NCBI GenBank assembly: GCA_963724325.1
Contig: CAVRUH010000001.1
Location: 256,001 to 320,000 of the forward strand
Direction of reading: 5' to 3'
DNA: 64,000 nt
Source: Waddliaceae bacterium
GTDB taxonomy: Bacteria > Chlamydiota > Chlamydiia > Chlamydiales > Waddliaceae
Position 1 is the stretch's first letter, and each line of letters starts with the position of its first letter. Below, in pieces: positions 8,804 through 19,452 of this stretch. A model generated the notes under the pieces. It worked only from the letters and a program-made list of their open reading frames with translations, had not been told where the DNA came from and ran no database searches. The position numbers were made by a program, and so were the translations under genes.

Positions 8804-10160
8804 AAAAACTAAAAAACAGTTAGAACATTCCAAAATAAGTGATTCTGAAATGTTGCATCATTTACAGAAGGAAACATTTCATTATTTTTTGAAAGAAATA
8901 AATACAAAAAATGGACTTATTTCAGATACTAGTCAGGAAGGATCTGCTGCTAGTATAGCTTCGGTGGGCATGAGTTTAAGTTGTTATATTGTTGGAGTTG
9001 AAAGGAAATTCATTTCCAGAAGAGTTGCTGTAGATAAAACTTTAAAAATTTTGAGGTTTTTTTACTCAAGCGATCAAGGGCCCGGAGCTAATGTTACTGG
9101 TTATAAAGGATTTTATTATCATTTTTTAAATATGAAAACGGGAAAAAGGCAGGGCAGTTGTGAATTATCTACTATTGATACTGCTTTGTTCATAGCAGGA
9201 GTGTTATCTGCACAAGTCTATTACATAGAAAACAATAAAAAAGAAAACGAAATTCGAGATCTTGCAGGCAAATTGTATCTACGAGTGGATTGGGGTTGGG
9301 CGTTAAACAGAACAAAATTTTTATGTCATGGGTGGAAACCAAAAAGTGGTTTTTTAAAAAGTTATTGGAGTAAAGATTATAGTGAAGCTCATATTCTTTA
9401 CATATTAGCTATTGCTTCTCCAACTTTTCCTATTCCACCATTATCTTATAAAAAATGGACATTAAATTTTAAGATGAAGAGGGTCTATGGATTGAAATTT
9501 TTGTATGCAGGACCGCTTTTTATTCATCAATTATCACAAATTTGGCTCGACTTTCGCTCCATTAAAGATGATTTTTGCAAAACTCATGGGTTAAATTATT
9601 TTAAAAATAGTCAAAGAGCTGTCCGCATTCAGCAAAAATATGCGAAGGAAAATCCAAAAGGCTTCAAAGGATATTCTGAAAATAATTGGGGTATTTCAGC
9701 CTGCTATGGGCCAGGACCAAAATCTATGATTGTGGATGGGGTATTAAGAAATTTTTATAATTATAAGGCTCGAGGCGTCACTGATGGCCCTGATGATGGA
9801 ACTTTGGCACCTTGGACTATGGTAGCTTCTTTACCTTTTTCTCCTAATCAAGTATTAAAAACAATTCGTTATCAAACTGAAGAATTAGGTCTAAAGGAAA
9901 ATAGTAGATATGGATTTGTATCGAGTTTTAATTCTACTTTCCCACAAAGAAAGAAAAACTTCAAATTCTGGTCCTCTTCGGTTCATTTGGGGATTAATCA
10001 AGGATCTGTTGTTTTGATGATTGAAAATTATCGCACAGAGTTCATATGGACATTGATGAAAGAGAGTCCATACATTTTAAAAGGATTATATAAAGCAGGT
10101 TTTCGGGGCAAGTGGCTAAACGATAAAGTTAGAAGCCTGATTAAGATGGGTTTTATTTAG
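8793..10160 (+). CDS. Glycoamylase-family (GH144-like, beta-1,2-glucanase type) hydrolase
   Basis: SIASVGM, GFYYHF, ELSTIDTALF, YSEAHILYILA, AGPLFIHQ, WGISA, LGINQG. Confidence 0.8.
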   Translation: MMIKKTKKQLEHSKISDSEMLHHLQKETFHYFLKEINTKNGLISDTSQEGSAASIASVGMSLSCYIVGVERKFISRRVAVDKTLKILRFFYSSDQGPGANVTGYKGFYYHFLNMKTGKRQGSCELSTIDTALFIAGVLSAQVYYIENNKKENEIRDLAGKLYLRVDWGWALNRTKFLCHGWKPKSGFLKSYWSKDYSEAHILYILAIASPTFPIPPLSYKKWTLNFKMKRVYGLKFLYAGPLFIHQLSQIWLDFRSIKDDFCKTHGLNYFKNSQRAVRIQQKYAKENPKGFKGYSENNWGISACYGPGPKSMIVDGVLRNFYNYKARGVTDGPDDGTLAPWTMVASLPFSPNQVLKTIRYQTEELGLKENSRYGFVSSFNSTFPQRKKNFKFWSSSVHLGINQGSVVLMIENYRTEFIWTLMKESPYILKGLYKAGFRGKWLNDKVRSLIKMGFI

Positions 10161-13026
10161 GCTGAAACAAGGCCATTTTCAATACTTGAGAAAAATGTAA
10201 AACCTTTCTTCCAGTAGCCTGTTCGATTTGTTCTTTACAGCTGAAACCATTGGCAATGATCAGGGTTTCGGGAGGTGCGTTTCGTATTGCTGGCAAGAGG
10301 ACTCTCTCTGCTGCTTTAAGAGATATGTCATAATGATCTTTTTCAAATCCAAAACTACCTGCCATTCCGCAACAGCCTGCATCCAAAATTTGAAAATCTA
10401 ATCCTAAGCGCTTTAATATCTCTTGCTCATACTCAAAATGGATAACCGATTTATGGTGGCAATGACCTTGTATTAGAGCCTTTTTATGTAATGGCTTAAA
10501 TTTATAATCTTTCAAATTGTGATATAGAAATTCACTTAACATAAAAGTCTGATTTTTTAATCTTTTTGCATTGATATCTGAAGGAAACAGATTTGTAAGT
10601 TCGTCCCTAAAAACAGATATACAACTGGGTTCAAGGCCAATTATGGGAGTCCCATCGAGAATTTCATGTTTTAGTTCTTCCATGATTTGTTTTAGCATTT
10701 TTTTTGCCAATGTAAGCATTCCATAATCATACAATGGTCTGCCGCAGCATAAAGATGCCTTTGGAACACAAACTTCGAATCCCAGATATTCCAATGCTTC
10801 AACGGCATCCTTAGCATGTTGTGGATGAAAGTGATTGTTAAATGTATCTGCCCAAAGGATGACTTTTTTTTGTTTTTTTTCTGATGCACCTCTTTTAAAA
10901 AACCAACTTTTAAAAGTTTCATGAGAAAATGCTGGAATTGTTCTCTTGGGGCTTGTACCAACCACCCATTTGAGAAGATTGGAAAAAGGAGATCGCTGAG
11001 CAAAGAAATTCGCTACTCTCGGCATATATGAAGCAGCACGAGACCACCAATAAATGAGCCCAAAGGCATATGCAGAACGGGGCCTTAAACGACCTTTGTA
11101 ATAATGAGATAAAAATTCAGCTTTATAAGTTGCCATATCAACATTCATCGGACATTCTTTTTTACACGCCTTGCAAGCTAAGCACAAATCCAGAGCTTTT
11201 TTTACGGCATTATCTTTCCAACCGTTTTTTCCAATAATATTCCCCTGGAGCATTTCGAAAAGAAGACGTGCACGCCCCCTTGTGGAATCTTCTTCTTCTT
11301 TTGTAACCATGTAGCTCGGGCACATGGTGCCATTTTCGTTCTTGCGGCATTTTCCAACTCCAACACAGCGCAAAATTGCACGATTAAAACTTCCTTCATC
11401 ATCACCCGGAAATTTAAAATGTGTTTTAATAGGTTTAGGATCGTAGCTGGGGCCTAAACGTAAATTATCCGTTGCTTTATATGCATCTATCATTTTTCCC
11501 GGATTCATTTTCCAGTCAGGATCCCAAATTAATTTGAATTCGCGAAATCCTTGTATTAGTTCAGGTCCAAACATTTTGGGTAATAATTCCGCACGGGATT
11601 GTCCATCTCCATGCTCTCCTGAAAAAGAACCTCCATAAGTCACTACCAAATCGGCAGCTTCATGGATGAATGAACGATATTTTTTTATTCCTTCAGTCGT
11701 ATACATATCGAAATCAATTCTAGTATGAACGCATCCTTGTCCAAAATGGCCATAGAGGGAACAACCATATTCATATTTCTGAAATAGTTTTCTTAAATCT
11801 CGTAGATAATTTCCAAGTTTTTCAGGGGGTACGGCAGAATCTTCCCAGCCTTCCCAGGTATCTTTTCGATTGGGTACTCTGGCAGTTGCTCCGAGACCTG
11901 ATTCCCGAACTTCCGTTATTTTTTCTTCTACTTCTTTATCATCGTACAATTTCATTGTGGGAGCATTTTTAATTTTTGCAAGTGCAGTCATTAATTTCGT
12001 TGCTTTGGCATCAGATTCTTTTTTTGTTTCTCCCCCGAATTCAATGACTAGCCATCCATTTCCCTCGGGTAAAAGATTAATATCTTTTGGATGGATTTTT
12101 TTTTGTTTCATATCACTTATCAAAATATCATCCAATCCTTCAAGGGCAATAGGATTATAAGCCATAATTTCAGGTATATGATCACCGGCAGTATAAATGT
12201 CGGGATAGCCCAAAACTAACATCGATTTAGCTTGAGGATTATCCAATAAACGTAATTTTGCCTCCAAAACGGTAACACAAGTCGATTCACTACCCACTAA
12301 GGATTTGGCAATATCAAATCCATTCTTTTCCAATAACCATGGAAGATTATACCCCGAAACACGGCGAGGAATTTTAGGAAATTTTTCATCAATCAAGGAA
12401 GAGTATTTTTCAGTAAATTCCTTTAATTTTTTGTATATTTCCCCTTTTCTTCCATTTTCTTGCATCAGTAGTTTTAATTGATCCTGAGAAGTTGCGCCAA
12501 CTTTCATAATCAAACCGTCATAGGTCATAATTTCCAATTCGATAACATTGTCATCTGTTTTTCCGCCCATTACGGAATGCGTGCCGCAAGAATTATTTCC
12601 TATCATGCCGCCTAAAGTACAATTATAATGAGTGGACGGATCTGGAGCAAAAGTTAATTTGTGTTTTTCAGCTGCTTTTTTTAATGTATTTAATACTATT
12701 CCAGGCTCTACGATTGCAGTTTTGTTTGCAACATCGATTTTAATAATTTTATTATAATATTTCGACATATCTATAACGACAGCTACGTTGCAACACTGTC
12801 CCGCCAAACTTGTCCCGCCGCCACGGCTGAGAACAGGAGCTTGATATTTCTTACATAAGTTGATTGTTGTAATAATATCTTGTTTATTCTTTGGAATAAC
12901 AACACCAATAGGTACTTGATGATAATTTGAGGCATCAGTTGCATACAGCGCGCGTGAACCATCATCGAATCGAACTTCTCCCTCAATAGAATTTCTTAAT
13001 TCTTGTTCGAGCTTTTTAACATCCAT
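10153..13026 (-). CDS. FAD-linked oxidase with 4Fe-4S and cysteine-rich domains (GlcD/GlcF fusion, YdiJ-like)
   Basis: RGGGTSLAGQ, SGEHGDG, CVGVGKC, CLACKACKKECP and two CCG motifs; start placed at MDVKK. Confidence 0.9.
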   Translation of the reverse strand: MDVKKLEQELRNSIEGEVRFDDGSRALYATDASNYHQVPIGVVIPKNKQDIITTINLCKKYQAPVLSRGGGTSLAGQCCNVAVVIDMSKYYNKIIKIDVANKTAIVEPGIVLNTLKKAAEKHKLTFAPDPSTHYNCTLGGMIGNNSCGTHSVMGGKTDDNVIELEIMTYDGLIMKVGATSQDQLKLLMQENGRKGEIYKKLKEFTEKYSSLIDEKFPKIPRRVSGYNLPWLLEKNGFDIAKSLVGSESTCVTVLEAKLRLLDNPQAKSMLVLGYPDIYTAGDHIPEIMAYNPIALEGLDDILISDMKQKKIHPKDINLLPEGNGWLVIEFGGETKKESDAKATKLMTALAKIKNAPTMKLYDDKEVEEKITEVRESGLGATARVPNRKDTWEGWEDSAVPPEKLGNYLRDLRKLFQKYEYGCSLYGHFGQGCVHTRIDFDMYTTEGIKKYRSFIHEAADLVVTYGGSFSGEHGDGQSRAELLPKMFGPELIQGFREFKLIWDPDWKMNPGKMIDAYKATDNLRLGPSYDPKPIKTHFKFPGDDEGSFNRAILRCVGVGKCRKNENGTMCPSYMVTKEEEDSTRGRARLLFEMLQGNIIGKNGWKDNAVKKALDLCLACKACKKECPMNVDMATYKAEFLSHYYKGRLRPRSAYAFGLIYWWSRAASYMPRVANFFAQRSPFSNLLKWVVGTSPKRTIPAFSHETFKSWFFKRGASEKKQKKVILWADTFNNHFHPQHAKDAVEALEYLGFEVCVPKASLCCGRPLYDYGMLTLAKKMLKQIMEELKHEILDGTPIIGLEPSCISVFRDELTNLFPSDINAKRLKNQTFMLSEFLYHNLKDYKFKPLHKKALIQGHCHHKSVIHFEYEQEILKRLGLDFQILDAGCCGMAGSFGFEKDHYDISLKAAERVLLPAIRNAPPETLIIANGFSCKEQIEQATGRKVLHFSQVLKMALFQPK

Positions 13027-13027
13027 T

Positions 13028-14782
13028 TTAAATGAGTTCCCTTGTTTTATCTGCAACCACTGTCTTCAAAATTAATCCTGCATGAGGTTCTCCTCGAGCA
13101 AGCCCCTCTGCAAAATGAATAGCTTGCTTAAGAGTTGTTTTAGGGGGCATTGGGGGTTCAAATGGATCAACAACTGCTTCGATAATAACGGGTCCTGGGG
13201 TATTTAAAGCTTGTTCCATAATGTGCCCGCAATCTTTAGGATCTTCAATAGTAAAACCTCTTCCCCCGCAAGCCTCGGCAAATTTGGCAAAGTCTATAGG
13301 ATGGAGATCCACTGCATATTCCGGATTTCCTAAGAAAACAATTTGTTCCCATTTAATTTGTCCGAGACAGTTGTTTTTAATGATCACAACTTTAATTGGA
13401 AGATTGTATTTAACCGCTGTGACAAAATCAGCCATCAACATAGAAAAACCACCATCGCCAACAAATGCAATGCATTGTCTATCAGGAAAAGCAATTTGAG
13501 CTGCCAAGCTATAAGGCAGTCCTGGGGCCATTGTAGCCAAATTACCAGAAAGTGAAAACTTCTGTCCTTGTCTGTAGGGAATATGCCGGGCCCACCATGT
13601 CGCTATGGTACCTGAATCACAAGAAACGATAGCATTATCTTTCAATCGTTTGCCTAATTCATGGGCAACAACTTGCGGCTTCATAGGTTTATCCATGCAA
13701 GTTTCATGAACATGCATTTTTTCTTTCCATTCTTTCATCGACTTTTGTGCATAAGACAGAAAGTCTCGATTCTGATTTTTCTCTAATAATGGAATGAGTT
13801 GTTGCAATGTTTTCTTGCTATCTCCTACTAAGCCTACTTCTACGGGACAACGTAATCCTATGCGAGAATTATCTATATCTATTTGAATCACCCTTGCTTT
13901 TCCGGGCTTTGGTAAAAATTCAATATAAGGAAAAGATGTTCCTACCATAATAAGTGTATCGCAAGTTTCCATTGCTTCTGAAGAGGGCAAAGTACCCAGC
14001 AATCCGATCCCCCCGGTAGTGTAGGGGCTATCGTCAGGTATGGATGATTTGCCCAATAATGGCTTTATAATGGGAGCTCCTAATTTTTCAGCTAATTCAA
14101 TGAGCTCATTCGTAGCATGAATGGCTCCTTGTCCAGCCAAAATAGCAATTTTTTTTCCTTCATTAATTAGTTTTGTCGCCTTTATTAAATCTTCGTTTGA
14201 TGGTGTTCCTCCCATATAACTAAAAATATCAGAAGTATGATGCAATAAATTTCGATCGGATTTTTCTTTTTTATTAAGGACTTGGTCTTGAAGGTCAACT
14301 GGCACAGTAATATGTGCAACTCCTCTTTTTGCTAAAGCTGTTCGACAGGCTAGATCAGTGACGTTTTCAGCATGAGAAGCCCCCATAACTCTAGCATTAT
14401 AAACCGTTACATCCTGATAAAGTTTATCTAATTCTACATCTTGTTGTGTGTGTGTATTAATAAGATCATGAAACTGTAATCCTGTAATTGCCAGTACTGA
14501 TTGACCATCCAATTTTGCATCATATAAGCCATTTAATAGATGAATTCCACCTGGGCCGGATGTAGCTAAGCAAACTCCTAACTTTCCTGTATATTTTGCA
14601 TAGCCGCATGCCATAAAGGCTGCACATTCTTCATGACGCACTTGAATAAAGCGGATTTTGTCTTGTCTTTTCCTAAGTGCCTCCATAATTCCATTGATTC
14701 CATCGCCAGGGAGGCCAAAAATCACCTCCACACCCCAATCAATAATTGTTTCTATTATAATATCTGCTGTTGTATCGGACAT
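13028..14782 (-). CDS. poxB: TPP-dependent pyruvate oxidase/dehydrogenase
   Basis: FGLPGDG, QVRHEE, TSGPG, GDGGFSM...NN TPP motif; AGGAG before ATG 14782. Confidence 0.85.
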   Translation of the reverse strand: MSDTTADIIIETIIDWGVEVIFGLPGDGINGIMEALRKRQDKIRFIQVRHEECAAFMACGYAKYTGKLGVCLATSGPGGIHLLNGLYDAKLDGQSVLAITGLQFHDLINTHTQQDVELDKLYQDVTVYNARVMGASHAENVTDLACRTALAKRGVAHITVPVDLQDQVLNKKEKSDRNLLHHTSDIFSYMGGTPSNEDLIKATKLINEGKKIAILAGQGAIHATNELIELAEKLGAPIIKPLLGKSSIPDDSPYTTGGIGLLGTLPSSEAMETCDTLIMVGTSFPYIEFLPKPGKARVIQIDIDNSRIGLRCPVEVGLVGDSKKTLQQLIPLLEKNQNRDFLSYAQKSMKEWKEKMHVHETCMDKPMKPQVVAHELGKRLKDNAIVSCDSGTIATWWARHIPYRQGQKFSLSGNLATMAPGLPYSLAAQIAFPDRQCIAFVGDGGFSMLMADFVTAVKYNLPIKVVIIKNNCLGQIKWEQIVFLGNPEYAVDLHPIDFAKFAEACGGRGFTIEDPKDCGHIMEQALNTPGPVIIEAVVDPFEPPMPPKTTLKQAIHFAEGLARGEPHAGLILKTVVADKTRELI

Positions 14783-14804
14783 ATTAATTCTCCTTTTATT
14801 TGTT

Positions 14805-15173
14805 TTAACATCCAAAAGCAATAGTTGTCATTAAGGCATTTTCTGCTTGCCTTGAGTCTAATCTTGTATGTTGGATAATAATATCCACATTAGAAATGAA
14901 TAAACTTGCATAGTCTGTTCCCTTAGGGATCGGGACAGGATCATTTAAATCATTAAATCTAAGATGCTTAGTCCTCTTGGGGGCAACAGAAATATGGTAA
15001 GGTCCTATGGGTTCTTTATCAGAAAAATAAATCGTAAGTTCAATTTTAGCCTCTTGATCAGAAACATTGAGAATACAAGCTGCTTCATGGCTCAATAATT
15101 CAGGGCCCGTTGTATGGCTATAAGGAGGAATATACCCCTCAGGAATTGCCCAGCATTTGTGTCCGATTTTCAT
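14805..15173 (-). CDS. Anabaena sensory rhodopsin transducer (ASRT) family protein
   Basis: IGHKCWAIPEGYIP, SHEAACILN, RTKHLRFNDL, IIQHTRLDSRQAENALMTT. Confidence 0.9.
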   Translation of the reverse strand: MKIGHKCWAIPEGYIPPYSHTTGPELLSHEAACILNVSDQEAKIELTIYFSDKEPIGPYHISVAPKRTKHLRFNDLNDPVPIPKGTDYASLFISNVDIIIQHTRLDSRQAENALMTTIAFGC

Positions 15174-16255
15174 ATAATTACCTCGCGTTTTAAGTACTTT
15201 TGAATATCTTTATCTTTCAACTCTAAGCCATGCCCATAGCGATCTAGGTGAGGTAAAAGATGACCTTTTTCTAATATTGGAAAACCATCAAAGAACGTTT
15301 CTTCTATTCTCACATGATCATGGAAGTACTCCATATGACAAACGTTTGATTGACTTAAACAGGCATGTAGATGGACAGAAGGGGCAGTATGACTCGATAA
15401 AGGAATATCAAACCCTTTACTAAGATTACATGCTTGAAAAAAACCTGTATAACCACAACACCTTGTGGCGTCTGCTTGAATGACATCAACACACTGAGAT
15501 TGAAGCATATCTTTAAAAAAGAATGAATTATAACCATATTCACCAGCAGTGATATCCATCGATGTTTGATTTCGCAGTAAATGAAGCCCTTGAAAATCAT
15601 AAAAAGGAACAGGTTCTTCAAACCATGTAACACCATATTCACGGAATTTTTCAGCAAAATTTAAAGCTTGTTTTAGCGTATAAGCTCCATTGGCATCTAC
15701 AAATAAAGCGTCAGTTGCATCTATTGCATTTCTTGCCTCTTTTACTCTAGTGACATCTTGAGAAGGATTTCTTCCTACCTTCATTTTAAATTTATTAATT
15801 CCCTTTTCTTTCCATTTTTGGAATTGAATAGCAGTTTCTTCATTTGAATAAGAAGTAAATCCACCACTACCATATACAGGGACTTTTTCACGTGCCATGC
15901 CCCATAAGTGACAAAGTGGAATTTCTAATATTTTTGCTTTCAAATCCCACAAAGCAATATCTACAGCTGAAAGAGCATGGGCGGCAATTCCTGTCGACCC
16001 GAAATTTCTAACCGAATTCAACATTTGATCATGTATTAGAGGAAGATTGTCTATGGACATATTATTCAAAATAGGTGCAAAATTCTTTTGGATAACATCC
16101 ACGCATGCTTCATGAGCATAACTAAAGCCTAGACCTACCTTATCTTGAAATTGCAAAACAATTAATACTACAGTAGTACTTTTCCATTTTAACGTCCCGT
16201 CAGATTCCTCAGAATCGCATGGAACATCATATGCGCAAATTTTGATTTTTTGCAT
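15170..16255 (-). CDS. Mandelate racemase/muconate lactonizing enzyme (enolase superfamily)
   Basis: SAVDIALWDLKAK, KMKVG, FVDANG, WFEEP, AGEYGY. Confidence 0.9.
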   Translation of the reverse strand: MQKIKICAYDVPCDSEESDGTLKWKSTTVVLIVLQFQDKVGLGFSYAHEACVDVIQKNFAPILNNMSIDNLPLIHDQMLNSVRNFGSTGIAAHALSAVDIALWDLKAKILEIPLCHLWGMAREKVPVYGSGGFTSYSNEETAIQFQKWKEKGINKFKMKVGRNPSQDVTRVKEARNAIDATDALFVDANGAYTLKQALNFAEKFREYGVTWFEEPVPFYDFQGLHLLRNQTSMDITAGEYGYNSFFFKDMLQSQCVDVIQADATRCCGYTGFFQACNLSKGFDIPLSSHTAPSVHLHACLSQSNVCHMEYFHDHVRIEETFFDGFPILEKGHLLPHLDRYGHGLELKDKDIQKYLKREVII

Positions 16256-16588
16256 AGTTTTCTCCAGTATAAACAAAGCCTTTTTTGGCATATTGTGGTT
16301 TTACTAAAACCGCTCATAAATCATTCAGAAGAAGGATAGTCATCTAAAATTAGAAACTATCACAATTTTGGAATAATATTCAAGAATCATTTTTCCTTGA
16401 TGGAGACTAACAAATATTAATCGTCATATTATACTTCCATGCCAGTCTTGATCCCATCATTATCGACGTAAATTTTGATTCCATTAATAGAATCTTACTA
16501 TTATAAAAATTGAAAGGAAGATTTTTATTCACGCAGGTGCTAAACCATTGCGAATATTTCTAGAACATAATATAAGAACGCAAAAAAA

Positions 16589-18020
16589 ATGTTAAATATA
16601 AATGATTACTCTTGGGCGCCAGCTTCTTTTGTTCTGGCCTTGGGACTTTTGCCGATAACTGGTTTAAAGTCCACGGAGGCCAATCACGTCGAAGGCGGCC
16701 TCATCACCTTCAACGATAACGGAGCCTGGTGCTGGTATCAGGACCCAAGAGTGGTAGTGGATACGGTCAATAACACTCTGATTATCACTTCTATCGCCGC
16801 TGCGGAAGGGGTAGATGGAGATAAGCGTGTCGGCGATGTCGATCTAGTAACTTATCATCTCAATAGCGGCAAGACAGATCGTTTTATTCTAAAACACAAC
16901 CTCTTGGAGCAGGATGATCATAATGCCGCCGCCTTGTTGATTCGACCTGATGGCCGTTATTTAGCAATGTACTCACGCCATAATAAAGACGCCTATCATT
17001 ACTGGCGCGTTTCAATTCATCCTCATGATACTTCAGAGTGGGGACCAGAGCTTACTTTCGACTGGCTTCCATATCTCAATGCTTTCAATCAAAGAAATCA
17101 CGTCACCTATACCAATCTCTTTCATCTTTCAGCCGAAAATCGCACATACAATTTTTCCCGAGCCATTAACTGCGATCCAACAATTCTTATTTCCACCGAT
17201 CATGGCAACAGTTGGTCATTTGGAGGCAAACTTCTCACTGAGAAGCTCGTAGGGTACGTTAATAGCTATACCAAATATGCTTCCAATGGCATAGATAGGA
17301 TTGATTTTCTCTCGACAGAGCATCACCCGCGCGATTTTGACAACAATATTTATCATGGATATATCAAAGGCGATGCTTTGCATAACTCCACAGGAAATAT
17401 TATCGATGATAATGTTTTCAATGGCCAAGACCACACGCAGAAGCTACTGACAAAGGTCTTTGCCACAGGCCTCATCGTTGAAGAGGATGTGATGAGCCAT
17501 GCTTGGACAATCTGCTTGCATGTTGATGCTCTAGGGCATCCATATGGCTTGATTTCTTGTCGTGCTAACGACATTCCACAGAACACCAACTTTAACGACC
17601 ACCGCTTTTTTTATGTTCGTTTCGATGGCAATACTTGGCAGGTACATCATTTAGCGAAAGCTGGCGCCTGTCTTTTGGCCTGACGAAGAAGATTATACCG
17701 GCATAGGCGATGTCGATCCGGCTGATCCCAATATTGTCTACATTTCCACCACCATTGATCCGCATGACGGTAAGCCATTGAACGTCCACGAGATCTTTAA
17801 AGGCATCACTACCGACGGCGGCGCCACTTGGACTTGGACATCAATCACACGGGATTCCAGCGTCGACAATCTCCGTCCTATTTGTGTATCGTGGAATGAC
17901 GGCAATAGCGCTGTGCTTTGGTTCCGGGGCACCATGAGTCGCTCGCAACACTACAATTGCGCCATTGTCGGAATAATCATGAAAAAACAGCTATACCCTT
18001 GTTCTAGCAAATATTATTGA
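16589..18020 (+). pseudogene. BNR-4 repeat beta-propeller protein, split by one frameshift
   Basis: GAWCWYQDPR and DDHNAAALLIRPDG motifs; removing one T from the run at 17673-17676 joins KAGACL to WPDEEDYTG...HEIFKGITTDGGATW of ORF 17778-18020. Confidence 0.75.
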
Positions 18021-18092
18021 AAAAAATCTTCGTTTCCGGTAATTGTATTTGATTGTTGTTTCATGCATTGGACAAAATGGGGTAGGTTGCAC

Positions 18093-19433
18093 ATGTTATC
18101 GAAATTTTGGGAACATCCTCTAAAGATGTTATTTTTAAGTTTGTTTTTGATGATGAGTTCCATCGATCAATCATATTCTGCATCTGAAGAATACGAGCTC
18201 CATCCTAAAGAAATCATGTCTTTTCATATAGATTATAAAGAATCTATATCCGAACTGTGTCTTATAGGGGCAAAATACGACACAGATAAATCACCACAAC
18301 AAATAAATATGACAAACAATAGCCGTTGTCACCCATATACTTTATTTTACAACTCCCTATTCAAAGACAAAAGAGATCACAAACTTGTGATTGCAGAATT
18401 AGGAATACTTAATGGCGCTTCACTATTAATGTGGAAAGAGTATTTTCCCCATGCGAAGTTGTATGGATTTGAATCTAACATTCAATTTATTAATGCATTT
18501 GAAAATAATTTCGATAGAGATCGAATTACATTAGCTCACATGGACATACAAGATGAATCGAGCATTGTACATGCACTACATTCAACTGGAGAACAATACG
18601 ATCTAATTATCGAAAATACCACTCATCTGCTTGAAGATCAAATAAGGATTATCGAAAATGTCTATTCATATTTGAAACCTGGTGGAATCCTTATCATTGA
18701 AGGTATATCTAAGAATTTTCAAGAGCAAGATTATATTGATAGACTGAGTCCAATCTTAGGAACATTTCAAGACTATTATTTTATTTCGATGGATCACAAA
18801 AATAGAAATTCGTCCGGGTGGGATGACAATAAACTGTTTGTGTTAGTAAAAGGAGGAGCTAATCCGATCTTCCAAAACAAGAGAAAAATAACAATCATTA
18901 CTCCTTCCATGCGTCCTGGCAATCTAATTGCAGTAAAAAATTCTATAAATTTTGATTACGTGGATGAATGGATTATTGTTTATGACGGAAGTAAAATCTT
19001 AGAAAATCCTCATCTGTTTACAGATGAAGAAAATGGAAAAATTAAAGAGTATATTCACGAGAGCAAAGGGATGAGCGGAAATCCTCAAAGAAATTATGCC
19101 CTGGATCTTGTTCAAAATGAAGACACATATCTGTATTTTGTCGATGACGATAATGTGATACACAAAGATTTATATAAACTCTTAGATATTATAGATGATG
19201 GCAAAATATACACTTTTGATCAAGAAAACAGATTAAAGGGAAATGTCATTGCATGGGCTAAAATAGACACAGCTATGATTTTAATCGATTTCAAGCTATG
19301 TAGAAACCAACGATGGATTCTGGACAGATACGGAGCAGATTTTTTTTACTTTAATGCATGCTATAAACAAAACAAGGATAAGTGGATTTATGTCAATAAT
19401 GTACTGTGCACCTACAATAAATTGCCTAGATAA
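18093..19433 (+). CDS. Fusion of class I sugar O-methyltransferase-like domain and GT-A (GT43-like) glycosyltransferase, with N-terminal hydrophobic leader
   Basis: TDKS..HPYTLFY..ELGILNGASLLMWKEYFP..LKPGG; then IITPSMRP, WIIVYD, GNPQRNYALD, YFVDDDN. Confidence 0.75.
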   Translation: MLSKFWEHPLKMLFLSLFLMMSSIDQSYSASEEYELHPKEIMSFHIDYKESISELCLIGAKYDTDKSPQQINMTNNSRCHPYTLFYNSLFKDKRDHKLVIAELGILNGASLLMWKEYFPHAKLYGFESNIQFINAFENNFDRDRITLAHMDIQDESSIVHALHSTGEQYDLIIENTTHLLEDQIRIIENVYSYLKPGGILIIEGISKNFQEQDYIDRLSPILGTFQDYYFISMDHKNRNSSGWDDNKLFVLVKGGANPIFQNKRKITIITPSMRPGNLIAVKNSINFDYVDEWIIVYDGSKILENPHLFTDEENGKIKEYIHESKGMSGNPQRNYALDLVQNEDTYLYFVDDDNVIHKDLYKLLDIIDDGKIYTFDQENRLKGNVIAWAKIDTAMILIDFKLCRNQRWILDRYGADFFYFNACYKQNKDKWIYVNNVLCTYNKLPR

Positions 19434-19452
19434 GCACATCACTCTGGCGAGA

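Noticed and set aside
14805..15173. Light-sensing system implied by ASRT
   Set aside because: No rhodopsin gene in the window; the gene context is carbohydrate metabolism.
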